Source: Phallusia mammillata (Eukaryota). From it: 64,000 nt of DNA. The DNA is taken from NCBI GenBank assembly GCA_965637545.1, contig OZ281500.1, positions 3,348,001 to 3,412,000 on the forward strand. The letters are read 5' to 3'. Made by a program: the position numbers and the translations under genes. The notes under the pieces are model-generated. The model had not been told where the DNA came from. It did not search any database and worked only from the letters and a program-made list of their open reading frames with translations. Below are positions 1 through 13,345 of the stretch, in pieces (the stretch's first letter is position 1; each line of letters opens with the position of its first letter).

Positions 1-189
1 CGCCGTTCAGCTGACAGGCGTTTGATTTAGGCTCAGTGGAAACATTACTGGCGGCAATTGGTAAAATAAAAACGTGTCATACGCCGGGCAAAAACGCTGC
101 TTACCCCGGGTTTTAAGAAATAGGTATCCAACTTTTTCAGCCTAATTTTTGGAACACGAAAGTGGCATATCCAGTGGTTTAAAACTTAC

Positions 190-1893
190 CAGTGACAAAG
201 GTACATCAGGCAATGAGTCGGTAATATCTTTTACTGTTCTAAACACATCGACCATACTTTCCGCTCTGTAGCGAGACATAAGATTCCAAGCGGCACACAA
301 AAGAACGGTTTTGGAAAATCCGGTTCTGTAACCAACAAAACAGATTTTCAATATTATCCATTACATTGTTGGCTTACTTTCTTAAGATTCAACAGCAGAA
401 GATACTTATACTGGCTACTACATCAATATAGAAATGATGCCGCTAAAAACTGATAAAACGCAGCAAAATTGGAGTGTTGCACGAATGTATGCACCTGGAC
501 AGAAATAGCATGCTGCATTCGTTAGTAAGCGAATGGTAGGATTCAATCATGGAAAGAAAATGGATCATGTTGTAGTCATCAGTTGGGGTTTCCTGATCAG
601 TCCAAAAGTTAAACTCGAACAGAAATATTTGACGCTAGAAAAAGTTTGAATAATGTTATTATTGTTAAGGACAAATGGCTAATGTAAACTGCGTAACCAA
701 CTTTTTGTTGCTGTTCTTCATTCACAACATATATTCTGGTGACTTTTACGTCTTCATTAATTGTTTCGTCAATAAATTGAAGAGAAATTGCACCGTACTG
801 TGCCGTTGTGTCATATTGGTTGGGCCAAACAATGGTTTGCTTCAAATACATGTGATATATGTTAGAAAACAAGTTATAGGCTACTGTGTTTCCTTGACAA
901 ATCCAACCATCAAACAATTCATAGATCAGTACTGTTGATCAATTTACATGTGAAAAATAATAATAAAAAAACATTAGAAAACAACTTACTCTGTTTTTTT
1001 TTTGACATGCAAGTCATAGACCAGAACTGCGGAAAAATTTACACGTTCAAAATGAAAAAAACCTAAAAAGCAACTTATACTGTGGTTTGTTTGAAACGCA
1101 AGTCGTAGACCAGAAATTACCATACATATGATAAAGTGATATTGTATTTAGCTTGACCGAAACCAAAAGGAATTTTTGAAATAAAATTTATATCTTCGTT
1201 GTATTGATGACCATAATGAAGATGTATAAGTCGACGTACCATTGGTTGGTCTACTTGAACGATAAATCCAGTGTTTTCCAGCAGCAGCACACGGAAAAAG
1301 GCGTCGATGCCATCGGCTGTTGGTTCGTCTCCAATCATCAAATGGTCAGCAGGGTTGTAAGACTGAGTAATAAATGTTAAAAAATAAATTCACGTTACTA
1401 GTTTATCAAGTTGCAAAAACACGGATCCGTTCGTTTCCCACCTCGACTTTGTAAATTCCATTTCTGTGTGAACCCGGAGCTCCTTCTGGTGATGTGTCTG
1501 TAAAATAGGATATTAGTTTAAGGCTAGGAACTATTGCTAAAAGAAACAAAATAAATGGAATTAATCCTCCCTCTCCCAAAAAACCCAAAACCTAGGTAAC
1601 TTTGATGCTATTTATTTAGTTTTTATTTTTATTTCGACATGCTTTGGGATGTTTTAAGGTGTTAGCTATTGTGTTTTACAATTGATTGAGCATGATATAA
1701 GTATATAATTTTAATATATATAAGTTATAAGTAAGATTTTGTTAAACTAAATAAACAACAAATCTGCATTTGAATGGAGAACTTACAATACACTTTGGCC
1801 GGGTTATCAATCTTTACTTGAGAAGTAGTTGATTCGCCAAACAAAATGCTCAGGTCATTGAACTCTTTACTCATTTCACTGGCATGCTGATAT
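190..1893 (-). CDS. Gene A PTP domain D2 (predicted inactive)
   Basis: FNFWTDQETP replaces the WPD loop. The P-loop equivalent is FLS|RTGFSK (no Cys, Arg to Lys) with the same phase-2 intron as in D1. Followed by VDVFRTVK. Confidence 0.85.
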
Positions 1894-4800
1894 CTATAGT
1901 AGCAATAGAAACAGTGTCAGTTTCACCATTCTTACTGTCTAAAGTCTTAACAAAAACAAAACTGTTAGGGTCTTGTATAGAGTATGTTTTCGGAGCTGGT
2001 TGATATGCCTGTGATTAATGTTCTTAACCAATTCGAATGTAGATAATTCGGTACCTTTTCTGTTGTCCCAGTTTCTCGTGTAACTGCTCGAATTGTAAAT
2101 CGGTTTCACTAAAAGCGACCGTTTCGGCAAGTAACTTGTGCATGAATATGTACTGCTCCTGTAAATATGATTGTAGTTTAAAGCGTGCTAACTTTTTAAA
2201 CCAGGCTTCAAATGCTTACAATGGTTTGAACCATTTCCATTCTTTGTTCCCTCATACCAACAACCGCTTTAAAAACATCAATCGAGCCAGTTTCACTTAA
2301 TTCCTTCAATAAGAAATCGAAACCAATGAAAGTTCCAGTTCTTCCAGCTCCAGCACTGAAAAACAATAACAGAAAATAAAATCTCTTTCTACTGGAAAAG
2401 TGTGTTAACCAATTCAAACCTGCAATGTACAACAGTAGGAACTGTAGTTTGCAGCTCATTTTGCAGTTGAGCATGATTGTCCTGAACTTCCTTCATATAT
2501 CTAACCAGACCTGTAGTGGTATTTGGAACGCCATGGTCGGGCCAAGCAATGAAATGATATTGCGTGATAAGGTGTTGGTCCTAAAATATCAAGTAATTTA
2601 ATCAGTTTCCTTCTAATTTTAAAGACACTTAAAACATACGGAGACGTAGGTGCTGTTAATTTCTTCGACAGTCATATGTCGGATGATGTAATTTCCTTTG
2701 TGGATGACTTCAACAACGCTAACACTAACCCGCTGATAGCTTTGGGCTTGTCCGATTTCTTCAGGCCAATATAAAGCACATTTGGACTGCAACACAAAAA
2801 CAAGGTTACGATGATAGGAAATGATTGTCGAATTAATGTTTTTGTGTGTGGCGTTTTGTGCTTTTTTAACTTCCCAAACCAATTGATTTGGTTTCACACA
2901 CATAGTTTCATTCCATGTATGTCATGTGCCAGTGATTTTATATTACAGTAAACATGTAGGTACATGGGAGACTTAAAGAGGTATTATAGACTCAGGAGAT
3001 ACTTATATTTCAGATAATTAGCTACCTTTCCTTTTTCATAGAGATTTGCAAGCATAACAATGATTCGGACGTTTTGCTCCCAAATCATTGTCCAGAAGTC
3101 ATCAACAGTCTTCGCAATCGGCCCTTGCGTAGCAATCCATTTGTTCGGTTCCTTAAATCCCTGTACAACAACATGCGGTTAAGAAATGCAAGAAGGATAA
3201 GTTTGGGCCTTTACGTTGATCACATTGAAAGAAAAATCATTAAGCCACGGTGTGCTGTACTAACGCAAACTTCGGATTAGCGTCTGCAAATCTTCGGACA
3301 CTTTTAACGATTGTTTGTTTCCCGTTAAGACCTACCCTCTTCAACACAAATGGTTAGTTTTTAACGTGCCCTGCTTGACCAACTAGCGTTTCTACCCTGC
3401 CTTGATTATCAGCGCACCTAATTTACTTTGCTTTTAACCTCGGGCACGAAGCGCCTCGCAGCGGCGTAGCTGCATAGTGTTTAACCCGATTGTGTCTTTT
3501 CTTTGCGCCCTAATCAAAAAATTACAGAACAATGATCCATAGTTCTGGTTTAAAACCGTCGCTAACTGAGCAAGGATCCCCACTTTGATCTAAAACCAAT
3601 ACCCAGTGATGGCCTGAGCCCATTTTCATGTCCATATTTCAGTTAGTTGCATACAGATGTAGGACGGACACACCTTTACATAGGAAGCGTTGATGTAATT
3701 ATTGTCACTTCCTTCGACTCCACGAAGAAATACCGTGTTGTGATCATCTACCAAAAAGTAACAAATATGTCAAAAAGTAGTTTTGGCTTTTAAGGTCTAA
3801 TCAATGCGACTGGTGACAAGGTATTCGCCGTACAGATCTATACGACACTGTTTCCTGTTGTATCGGCACATTACTTTGTAATAAGTTCTTTTTGACATAT
3901 TTCGATTTTTTTAAACAAAACGTTCAATCACCAGACAATTTGAAAGAGACCAAAAAACTAGTACTTGCAAATATACGTTATTATTAAACATTCTCGAACT
4001 GGAGTAGGAAAGTGTTATTTGTATAATTTAATACCAAAGACAGGCATTACGCACTGTGCAGTCAAAAATGTCGTGCAAGTGCCTGAACTATATCTTACAT
4101 GGTATGATATTCTTGTAACGATTTTTAGTCGTTTTGGATTCCGCCGTTGCGTCGTAAATACTTGCAAAGTTCTTAGATTCTTCTCTTACTCTCTGCAAAA
4201 ATAACATTAGTCCGCTTCACTGGTTAAGAAAAAAATGCGGCATGGTTGATGTATCAAATTACAATTGCCCACTTAAACCGAAAGGAAACAATTAAACTAA
4301 ACCGAGACTCAATCGACTGTCAAACCTTTTTCCCTCATACTAAAGTTGGTTGCAACGTTTCGTTGTGGTGTATACGTGTAAGGTTTGGGCAACATGAGGT
4401 TAATAAAATATGAGGTCTGTGAACACAAAGTCAACATATGTCCTTGTTAGCTTGTTTCATGCTGTTCTCGATGGAGGTACAACTCCAGGTTGCATCATGC
4501 TTTCAATAAATTCAAATACACACTTCATATTTCATAAAGTGTATCTTTTGAATCTGGGAACAAGGAAACTATAATTTAACCACTGGTCAGGTTTAACGGA
4601 GCTGCATTTTGACCGCCTTGCCGTACTTACATACCATTGCTGAACTAGAGCAGATGTTAATGCAACCTTACAATATGTTTAGGACATACTTCAAATTGTT
4701 GCTTCAAAGCTGCGTGACCGTTCTTTGAGCTGTCGATGAAAAATTCTCCAATATAAAACTTGAGTATATTCGTGCTTTCTTCCCTTGAAGTATCTAAACA

Positions 4801-7800
4801 AAAAATATCTTTATGAAAGATTTCCACCGAAACGAGTTGCCAATATTCTTATGGAAGCAATCCACAGAAAGATTTGTCGGTATCTAAAGAAAGATTGTCA
4901 AATCTCAAGAAAGAAAATCTTGGTATTTGGGGAGTTGTGGATTTAATTCAGAACACACAAATGACACTACAGAAGAAAACTTACGTTGTATGGGAACATC
5001 CCGTGCGCGATTGGGAGAGTTTCGTACAAGTGGAGCAATTGTTCTTTTCGCCCCAATCCTAGTCCGTATACGATCTCTGCGAAAGTAGATTTTTTGGTAC
5101 AGCTCATGTCGTTCCTAAGTTTTCTCAAACTTTATTTTACGAACCTATAGTACACGATCAGGACCAAAATAAGCAGAAGCACTAGAATAGCTGCAACAGA
5201 ACCGGCGATTACTGGCAAAGTCGAGGCTGCAGGAACTGCGAACAAATTACAAAAATGTTGAGTAAATGTCCAAAGTTTTGTTGCGTCACTTACGTTTGTG
5301 TTTCAAAGGCTGCTAGTTAAACCTAAGTTTATTGACTAACAATGCAAAACGTGTTGGATGAGAAGCTTATGTCAATCATTATTATATGTGTATATTATAG
5401 GTTTAGATTTTACCACAGGTTGGAACTAAAATACACACAGCCCGTTAAAACGCCTACTTCCTACAGAGCGTCGAAATAGATCAAGCTCCTCATGTAAACA
5501 CAACGCTTCCTGAGAATTACATTTAGAAGTTTAAATTAGTCCCGATGTGTAGGTTTTGATTATATCCCACTTACAAATATTAGTATATGCTAGTTCCGTG
5601 TTTATCCTCTTTTGAAAATATCAAACACCTGTTTAGTGTTCTTAACCTGGTATGACATACTTTGAAAACAATATCACACGATCTGCAGCATTTTGGTAAT
5701 GTTGCCTTTACACGTTGAATAAACAATCAATAAAGTGGGATTCGAGCCACACATACTACCCATAGCTGCGTTTTTTAAGTCCAAAAGGATTAAATGCAAT
5801 TTCACTCCACGTAAATTAAATCACAATAAACCCCAACCTACCATAAAGTACTGCGATCTAATTATCATGTGATCAAATGTTTGGATTCTGTCCAAAAGTA
5901 ACAAAGAACATACTTATCTCAACAGGTGGTGGTATTTCACATTTCCCAGTCACGTTAAAAATCGTGTTTGTACAAGCGTTTGTGATTGGTTGAAACTTCA
6001 CCACGAGTTCTTCATTTACACCAATCATCTCGCTGTGCTTTATTGACGAAATTTCAGTAAAATTTATTTCAGTCCAATTGGAAGGTTCTTCGACCGAATT
6101 AAACTCTCTTTTTCCCAAGTGAAGCTACAAAACACACTTTTACCATTTAAGCACACAACAAACATAATTTAGAAAACATTCTGTGAAGTTTAAGTTTTGG
6201 TGTTTTGTTACCTTGACCTCGTTGACCATGGTAAGAATATTAGTCGGTATGTGGACATCAATTTCACACACTGCCCCGTTTAATGACACGTTACCACTGA
6301 CGCCTTTAAATATGCTTGACGTCATTCCAATAACAGTGGGAATACTGAGTCGCCAAACATCCGGAAACATGCGTAGCTGAAACGTACACATTTTGCTATA
6401 AGGCATTGAAGGAGTTGACATAAAGTATTTGACACCTACCGAAACTTCATAAGAATCATCTGGCACTAGGTTGCCTAATGTGCTTGTGTAGATGTGGTTT
6501 CTTGTGGAAGGTTGCGTGACAGCATTGCTGACATTAACAGAGTGGGTCTCGTTCACTGCAGTCACAGCGTAGGTGATGGATCCATTGTAGCCAGTCATGT
6601 CTTTCCATTTAACGGCGATTCGGTCATAGTGACATTTGCTTGTGCTGATAATTTCCAATGCTGAAAAAGCAACGTTTAATAGCACGGCGGTTATTGATAC
6701 TGAAAATTATTTGCCATTTATTTTCACTTAACGTACAAAAAATAGAAAATAGTGCTTTTTTATTACGTGCCTAACCAAAGTCTGTAATTTCAAAAAAAGG
6801 ACAGATATACAAACCTGAAAACAAGCATATGTAATGATGCTCTGTAGAACATTCTTTTTGAACGACGCTTTTGTTATATACTTGAAATGTATTACAGGTA
6901 TTTCCACCGGGATTAGAGTCTGCAAATATAAATTGTACACTTTGGTGTATTATCGAAGTTTACCATAAACTGACGTTGCCATGAGTAAACACGGCGGTCA
7001 TAGTCGTTCAAAGTCTATTAGAGGTACTAATTTTGTAGTTCAAAACACCAACAGTCAGAAATACCTCCGAAATATTAGCATTTTAACATAGAATTATACC
7101 ACAAAGTATTGATGGCAAACCGATCAATTTCTAACAGGTATAATCTATGCACAAATCTACAAGTTGATCCTACAAATATTACTTGCAACACACAGTTGCA
7201 AATGCAGTTTCAAGACACTAAAAGGCAGCCTTAACACACTAACCTTCTACCCATATTTTCTTGTTTTCAAAAATGTCAAGCAAGGTGTTGTTTAGGACAG
7301 CTACATTGGGCAATTGGCCACCAATCGATTTGCAATGTTCTCTAGCATGACCAAAGTTGTTGGTTGTGTTTGGCCACGTGAAATATGTTCCATTGGAAGA
7401 CAAGAGATCTAGACACCATAAAAACATTCATTTCTAAAGACTAACAAAGTATAGTTAAATATAACTTTTATATCTCTTTGAGCACCAACATATAAACAGC
7501 TTTACGACTTTATAACTTACCAACACTCATGTTCATCTTTCTTAGTTTTGATGATGCAAAAGAACTATTTGCCCAACACACAACTGTGGAGCTTGGGCCA
7601 AATATAACTGAACTCGAGACAAGTAAGTTTGATACAATTCGGTCTGAATTGTCCAAAGGCATTTGAGTTATTTTAGTTGGGGTTTTGGCAGCGTTGTCAA
7701 TCATATGGCCGTTAATTTTCCAATTCACAATGGTCGAAGGAATTCCACCAAACGTGCATACAAACATTTGTGATTGCTTAAAAACTTCCGATTTCATTTT

Positions 7801-10800
7801 AGAAACAAAATAAGGTCCAACTGAAAAATACAGTTAGCGGAGTCACCATAACACTGTAACTGAATGGTAGGTGAAATACTAACCTTTTATGTTTGTCTTC
7901 GCTGTAACGGTACCATCACCAACTGAGTTGTTGACACTACAATCGTATTCACCCGATTCTTCAATATTAGGTTTTCGCAAATATAACACCGACGTTGTCT
8001 GATAGTGACTATTAGGAACAATTTGTTGGTAAACTGTCCTATTTGAGTCTGTTGTGGTATACGTAGAACGCCTGTAATGTAGAAGGAAAACAAAGAAATA
8101 CAATTAAGCCATGGTGACCTGCAGTAGCGCCACAGCTGTCATGTAACCATAATTTAGGCGCCTTGAGCAAGTAAAACATTTATAGACATCAAACATACAA
8201 TGGCTGCCAGACTAGGGTTACTCGACGTCCAAAATTTGGATGTAAAATCTTTGTCCGAAAATATATTTCAAAAACACAACTAATGTCCGTAATTTTAGCA
8301 TCTTACTAATTGTTTACTAAAATTTTTCAAAGTGGCCGGTGTAATTCAAGCAAGAGTGCATATACCTCGTCTAGTAATTAATCAAAACCGACAAAAAAAT
8401 CAAAACCGGGTTGATTTTTTTACTTATTTAGGGGGTTTGGGGATGTTTTAAATAGTTGTGTTTACTATTGTTTAGTAGACGGTCTTTGACATAGAATGCT
8501 CTAAAAAGTAATATGGCGCCAATTTAGTTTCGTGAAAGGTATTTAATAAAAGTGTCAGAAAGTTGACCCACTCCAGATATGGTACACCCTAAGCTAGATA
8601 ATATTGTTGCAAGATAGGATGCACGAGGACCTACTTGCTCCAATAAAGATTAGGAGTGGGAAAACCAAAAGAGGTGCAAGTTATGTTGTGCATCTCATCT
8701 TCCAAAATTATTACTTCACTTCTTGTCGTCGAAATGTTTGCTTTCACTAAAAAAACAGCAACATTAGTACAATAACTATTAGGTACAGTGAAAAAAAAAC
8801 ATGTCCAACCTTGTGCCTCGAACATTGCCTCCACACCGTTTGTATTAACGTTTGTTGCTTTGCATTTGTATTCTCCCGTTTGTTCAATTGTCAAATCGTT
8901 GAAATAAAGATGAGATACTGATTTGTATTTACCGTTGGTCGTTCGATGCTGGTAAATGGAAATGTTGTTCGACAAACCAACTGATGTTCCATTTCTACAA
9001 GGCTTGGGTTATTATGGCATCTTTGTTAACACGTGCATATTTATCCTAACCTTATCCAGTTGGTAACTGGTAACGGATATCCGTATGATTCACAACTGAC
9101 ATTAAACTTTCCAGGCAACATAAAAACTTTGTTCACTGGTGTGATGGAAATGTTGGCTGCCACTATAAATGGGAATATAACGTAACATGCTTAGGTCGTG
9201 TATGAGAAAGTGGAAAATAATTACCTGTAATATTTAATGTTTTCTGTTTTTCATCAACGTTGTCGTTGTCTGTCACACAAACGTAAATCCCTGAGTATGA
9301 CACGTCGTTGACAAGAATGTGGAGTTGTGTTGTTCTGGAGTATGTGTTTTCACTCACCACACTCGTGTAAATAGGAGCAGAATTAGATTTGCTGACCGAA
9401 AACCCAAATCTATAGCATACGTAAACACAAAGATTTCAAAAAGTTAAAATTGATTATTGAAACTAAATGGTAAAAACCGTTTCCACTCCACGGTTGGTAT
9501 TGGGGAACCATACGAAATGCAATCAACATGGTATTGTTTTAACTGCTCTGCGGTAATGGTCCAGTGTGTGAGCGATATTCTTGAAACGCCTGTGGGAAAT
9601 GCAAGTGATTGAAGTATCTACTTGTTATGGGTAATTAAACTAAGTTTTAAAGGCATTTCTTACCTTCGACTTGTAACTCTGATTTTGTGGGAGGATTACC
9701 AAGAGAGCTTCGACATTCGTAAATTCCTGTTTGTGAATCATGTGTTACGTTGAGATGAAGACGGGTGATTCTCGAAAACACACTTTCAGTGGTAATTTCT
9801 CGTTGGTAAATCAAAAAACTTTTTGAATTTGAAACCAGTGTATCGTTTCTAAAATAATTCGGAATTTGAAAATAATCAAAACTTACCACGTGACAGGTTA
9901 CCTGTACCAGTTGACTTCAGGCTTTGAAAATCCAAACGAAGTACAATCAACTATCACTTCAACACCATAGTTAGGCGTGACACTACTATTGGACACATGC
10001 ACAGCCGCCCGTACTAAAACAAAGTTTAATATGTGTCATTTTCTATGTCCACTTAAGTGTATATGTAAACGTTTAAACATCACTTCAGCTTACTATTAGC
10101 TGTAAACGATTTCGTTTTCGCATCAACACTATTAGTTGTTGTACATTTACAAACGTCAGATTGTGAAACATTAATAATGGTTATATATAGTCTGGCACGT
10201 TTCATGTATTCCGATTTTGCGATAGTTGTTTGATGAACCAGGAAATTTGTGTCTCCGGTTACCGTTACTCCATTTCTAAAAACATGGTTTAAAGTGAAGA
10301 AAGAACCAGGACGCACAAACGTATTGCATTCGTATACTTCTTCCATGTAACAGTGGGAGATGGATATCCAAAAGAAATACAATCAACCAAACGCTGTTGA
10401 GCAGAACTTACACTGATTGCAGATTCGATGGTTATGTTTGGAGAAACTAAACAAAATTAATTTATAAACTATAGCTTGTTTTGTTTGATAGAGATGTTTT
10501 GTTTGATAGAGTACGTAAATTCAATATGAAACACACAATTTCAAAATAACACTGTTTTAAGAACCACAAGTATTCCGCAGCCACTTATAAGAAATAGTGT
10601 GATGTTGAAATAGCTATTAGAATTTACTTCCAACTGATCTGATGGCACCAATATTCAGCCTCCAAAGACATACCTTTAACTCTGAGGTTCTTTGTGTTCG
10701 TTCCTCCACCGTTCCAGTTTGTAGCTTCACAAACGTAATTTCCTGCTTCAGTCGCGTCTCTCAAAGTAAAATATAGCACAGATCGACCTGTGTATGTGTT

Positions 10801-13332
10801 TGGTTGATTGGTGGTTTGATAAACATTTCTTGGCGTTGAAGATGTCACTATAGTCCCACTCCTGGTTAAAAATACGGGCTTACGTTTGCTTCAAATATAT
10901 TATTCAGACAGAATATTGCTACCTTTTCCATCGAACGGTTGGGTTTTCATATCCAACTGCAGTGCATGTAACGCTTTGTTGTCCTCCATACTGTGCTATT
11001 ATCTCGCTTTTATCGATCGAGTGTGTAAGGCTTGCTGTAAAATTTAAATAAAACAAAATATATCGGTCATTAGCAACAATTTCACACATTACCTGTTATT
11101 GCCAAATGAACCATTCCAGTAGTAACACAATTTGAGTTTCCAGAAATTTCGATTTGTATATTACCAACATGCGACTCAGTGACACTGCTTATTGTGTGAC
11201 TGAAACTGGATCCGTTGTAGTTAGTTAAGAGCGTCACTCGTTGATTGTTGTTGTAAATTGCTGTGACGGTGAGAGGTTCTGTGTAAAGTCCTGATATTGT
11301 TCCGCTTATAGTGATTGATTCGCCATACAACACTGAGTAGCTTGATTGCGAAAATGAGATGACTCTAGGTTCTGTATAAACACCGTTTACAAAACATTGA
11401 TTGCATGGAATATATAACTTACGGAAGTGTACAATTTTTTTGAAATAATTTTGGACATTTATTTCAGTCCTTTGACTATGGTTCCTAAAATATTTAAAAC
11501 ACAGATTTAATTGCGATGGAACAACAAAATTTAATACCGAGTCACTGTCACTCTTAACTAACAGCAGGAATGGTACAAAATTAACATTCTCTTAACATGT
11601 GCTTTAACATACTACTTAGAATACTCTAACAAACAAAACTACATAGTTCGCGTGGAATAAGACAACCGAACAAAAAAAACGAGTTATACAGCCAAGGTCA
11701 AAAATGTTGTCATATGGTTTTCAGAGAAACATGAAATATAAGTTTTTAGTGTTTAAGTTTTGTACTTCATTACATTAGCAAACCTTCATATTCGCAAATG
11801 TAGTAATTGTTCGCCGTACAGCTACCAGTACCCCATCCCCATATATTAGATTCTCGTACAAGTCGAACACACAGACCATTTCCAATACTTCCACCTAACC
11901 ATGCTTCGTATCCAACGCTGACCCAGTGATCTGATATAAAATTACGCTAATTATTGCAGCCACACAAGCTGTATCGGCTTGAGGCCTTGTTTGGGGTAGT
12001 GTCATACTTCTTAATGCTTTTTGTCTCGAAATGGAGGACATATATATTATGTTGTGCCCTGTTTAATACCACATAATTCACCATAACTGTTGCAAGAACA
12101 AAGAGATGTTTTGAAAAGAACGATATTGAATTTTAGCACGTACGCTATAACGGGTTGAAAAAAAATACACAGAAATGTTCCTACTTTAGTTGCTAAACAC
12201 GCAAAGCCAAAATCTACACACGAATCAATAGGCGTTTAACTATTTCTGATTGTATTTTGTGACAGGGAAGTGCGATTGTACCTGTTTTATAGGAAATTAC
12301 TGTCCCAAATGTTGAACAAGTAATCACTATTTACTTAAAGTATTGGAATGGTTAGTAACATTGTTGCGCATCTTACAAACCGTTTGTACAAAAAAAGTAA
12401 ACCATCACCAAAGATATTTTAAAACAAATGCCTAAATTTACGGCGGTTAATAAATTCTGCTTTGGATCAATGTATTTGCGCTTTTACTTGGTCGAATGTC
12501 TACGAAAAAAGTTCAACACACAAACAAGGATTGGTTGATTGCACTCCGGGTACCAAGTAGAACTTGTTAGTGCAGCACTCACCAACGCCTGTAGGTTTTT
12601 TTGCAAACACAGTTCCATCCGACCATTGAAAGGAGACACCACCCGACCCTCTTTTACTTCCCAAAAATATATCTACAAGAAACCGTTTAAAAATATTACT
12701 TAAAGACACAAAACTTTGCATTTTTACCCGCAAAATAACTTTTTCAAGGACACCAATCACACCAAGGATTGTCTTTTTAACCATAAACTTACAAACATTT
12801 CCGCCGGGCCACTTTGTTTGTGCTTTACCAACGAGAAAGTTTTGTGTTTCAGCATCTTTGATGCTAGCTAGTCTCCCACCATTATTCATACAAGCTGTGT
12901 TTGCATCATCCCAATTTTGTTGATTTGTACCAAGCACATAAAATCGTCCTTTGCATTCAGCAGCTGACGTGTCTGCAACAAATAGCATTTTTGCAAAACC
13001 TCTCATCTGAAGAATCTTGTAACATTGTTTAACCACAAACGTCTAAACCGATAAGAAGAGAATATTTTAAGCGTGCAGAGGGCCTCACATCGGTTTGTTG
13101 TCATTGTGTTTTCTGCTGTCTTGTATCAGTTAACAACATTTAATTGCTGTCTAATGAGATTTATTATAGTACCCTTAAAGTGCATTATGAGCGTACCAAC
13201 ATACTTGCCAAAGTTACTCGTGTCATTAGCAATTATACAACAAAAAACATTAGTGGACTTACGATAGGCATTTTTACGCAGCATGGAATAAAATATCATC
13301 AAAAATGCAAAAAGCCGACATATAATCTTCAT
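190..13332 (-). CDS. Gene A: multi-exon receptor-type tyrosine phosphatase (SP-CTLD-8xIg-CTLD-FN3-TM-PTP D1-D2); last exon lies left of the window
   Basis: Start exon 13263-13332 MKIICRLFAFLMIFYSMLRKNAY with gtaagt donor. D1 motifs intact: KNRYKNIIP (4099-4192), YINASY, WIATQGP, WPDHGVP, VHC|[14 protein letters not shown] exon 5145-5235. Last exon seen is 190-325; the terminal EQY-type exon of the paralogs is absent from 1-189. Confidence 0.9.
2055..4192 (-). CDS. Gene A PTP domain D1 (predicted catalytically active)
   Basis: [48 protein letters not shown]-x-x-MVQT and EQY all present in spliceable exons. Confidence 0.92.
5145..5235 (-). CDS. Gene A transmembrane exon
   Basis: PAASTLPVIAGSVAAILVLLLILVLIVYYR, followed by a basic juxtamembrane exon RDRIRTRIGAKR starting at 5076; 91 nt, phase 1 to 2. 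Confidence 0.88.
5915..7410 (-). CDS. Gene A membrane-proximal compact CTLD-like domain plus FN3-like region
   Basis: FGHAREHCKSIGGQLP...IWVEG and ...KECSTEHHYICLF are CTLD-like. IAVKW...TYAV...LGNLVPDDSYEVS is an FN3 signature; a second, more degenerate FN3-like segment follows. Confidence 0.65.
7521..11371 (-). CDS. Gene A Ig-like array: one atypical single-exon Ig-like domain, six split I-set-like domains, one single-exon Ig domain
   Basis: Repeated half-exon pairs C-x-S-Y/F-G-x-P-x-P-x-V-x-W-K/R | ...L-Y/H-F/L...S-G-x-Y-x-C (e.g. ORFs 10624-10848, 9647-9889, 9163-9360, 8631-8975, 7879-8103). Single-exon 7521-7822 has C...W...C. Confidence 0.85.
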
Positions 13333-13345
13333 TCCTTGGCTTTAC
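8800..13345. repeat. Duplication of the gene A 5' half; copy at ~42200-48610 (gene C)
   Basis: Introns align (e.g. 11370-11770 vs 45450-45850), as do the start exons (13230-13335 vs 48510-48605). Confidence 0.85.
11784..12972 (-). CDS. Gene A N-terminal CTLD (3 exons: 12793-12972, ~12591-12680, 11784-~11930)
   Basis: C-x-G-R-F-Y...W-D-D-A-x-x-x-C...GG-x-L-A-S-I, IFLG...F-x-W-x-D-G, C-V...W...C...Y-Y-I-C-E pattern; all junctions phase 1. Confidence 0.88.

Noticed and set aside
3360-3480. GC-richer intronic stretch as a structured RNA or ribozyme
   Set aside because: No recognisable hammerhead or HDV core and no second copy in the window.
4984-5114. ITIM/ITAM-like tyrosine motifs (IVYGL, LYETL) in gene A's juxtamembrane region
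   Set aside because: They need a 30-nt intron and another frame. The plausible 68-nt intron gives RDRIRTRIGAKR with no such motifs.
5293-5311. Micro-exon before gene A's TM exon
   Set aside because: 19 nt between AG and GT would break the frame; direct phase-1 splicing works without it.
6140-6685. 181-aa ORF as a single exon
   Set aside because: It reads through a 63-nt GT-AG intron (about 6388-6450). The homologous intron in B is 58 nt and frame-breaking, so it is a real intron.
10140-10165. Extra Cys (DVCKC instead of DVYQC) in gene A Ig2 as a dimerisation site
   Set aside because: Single substitution of a normally buried Tyr; could be a private variant or an error.
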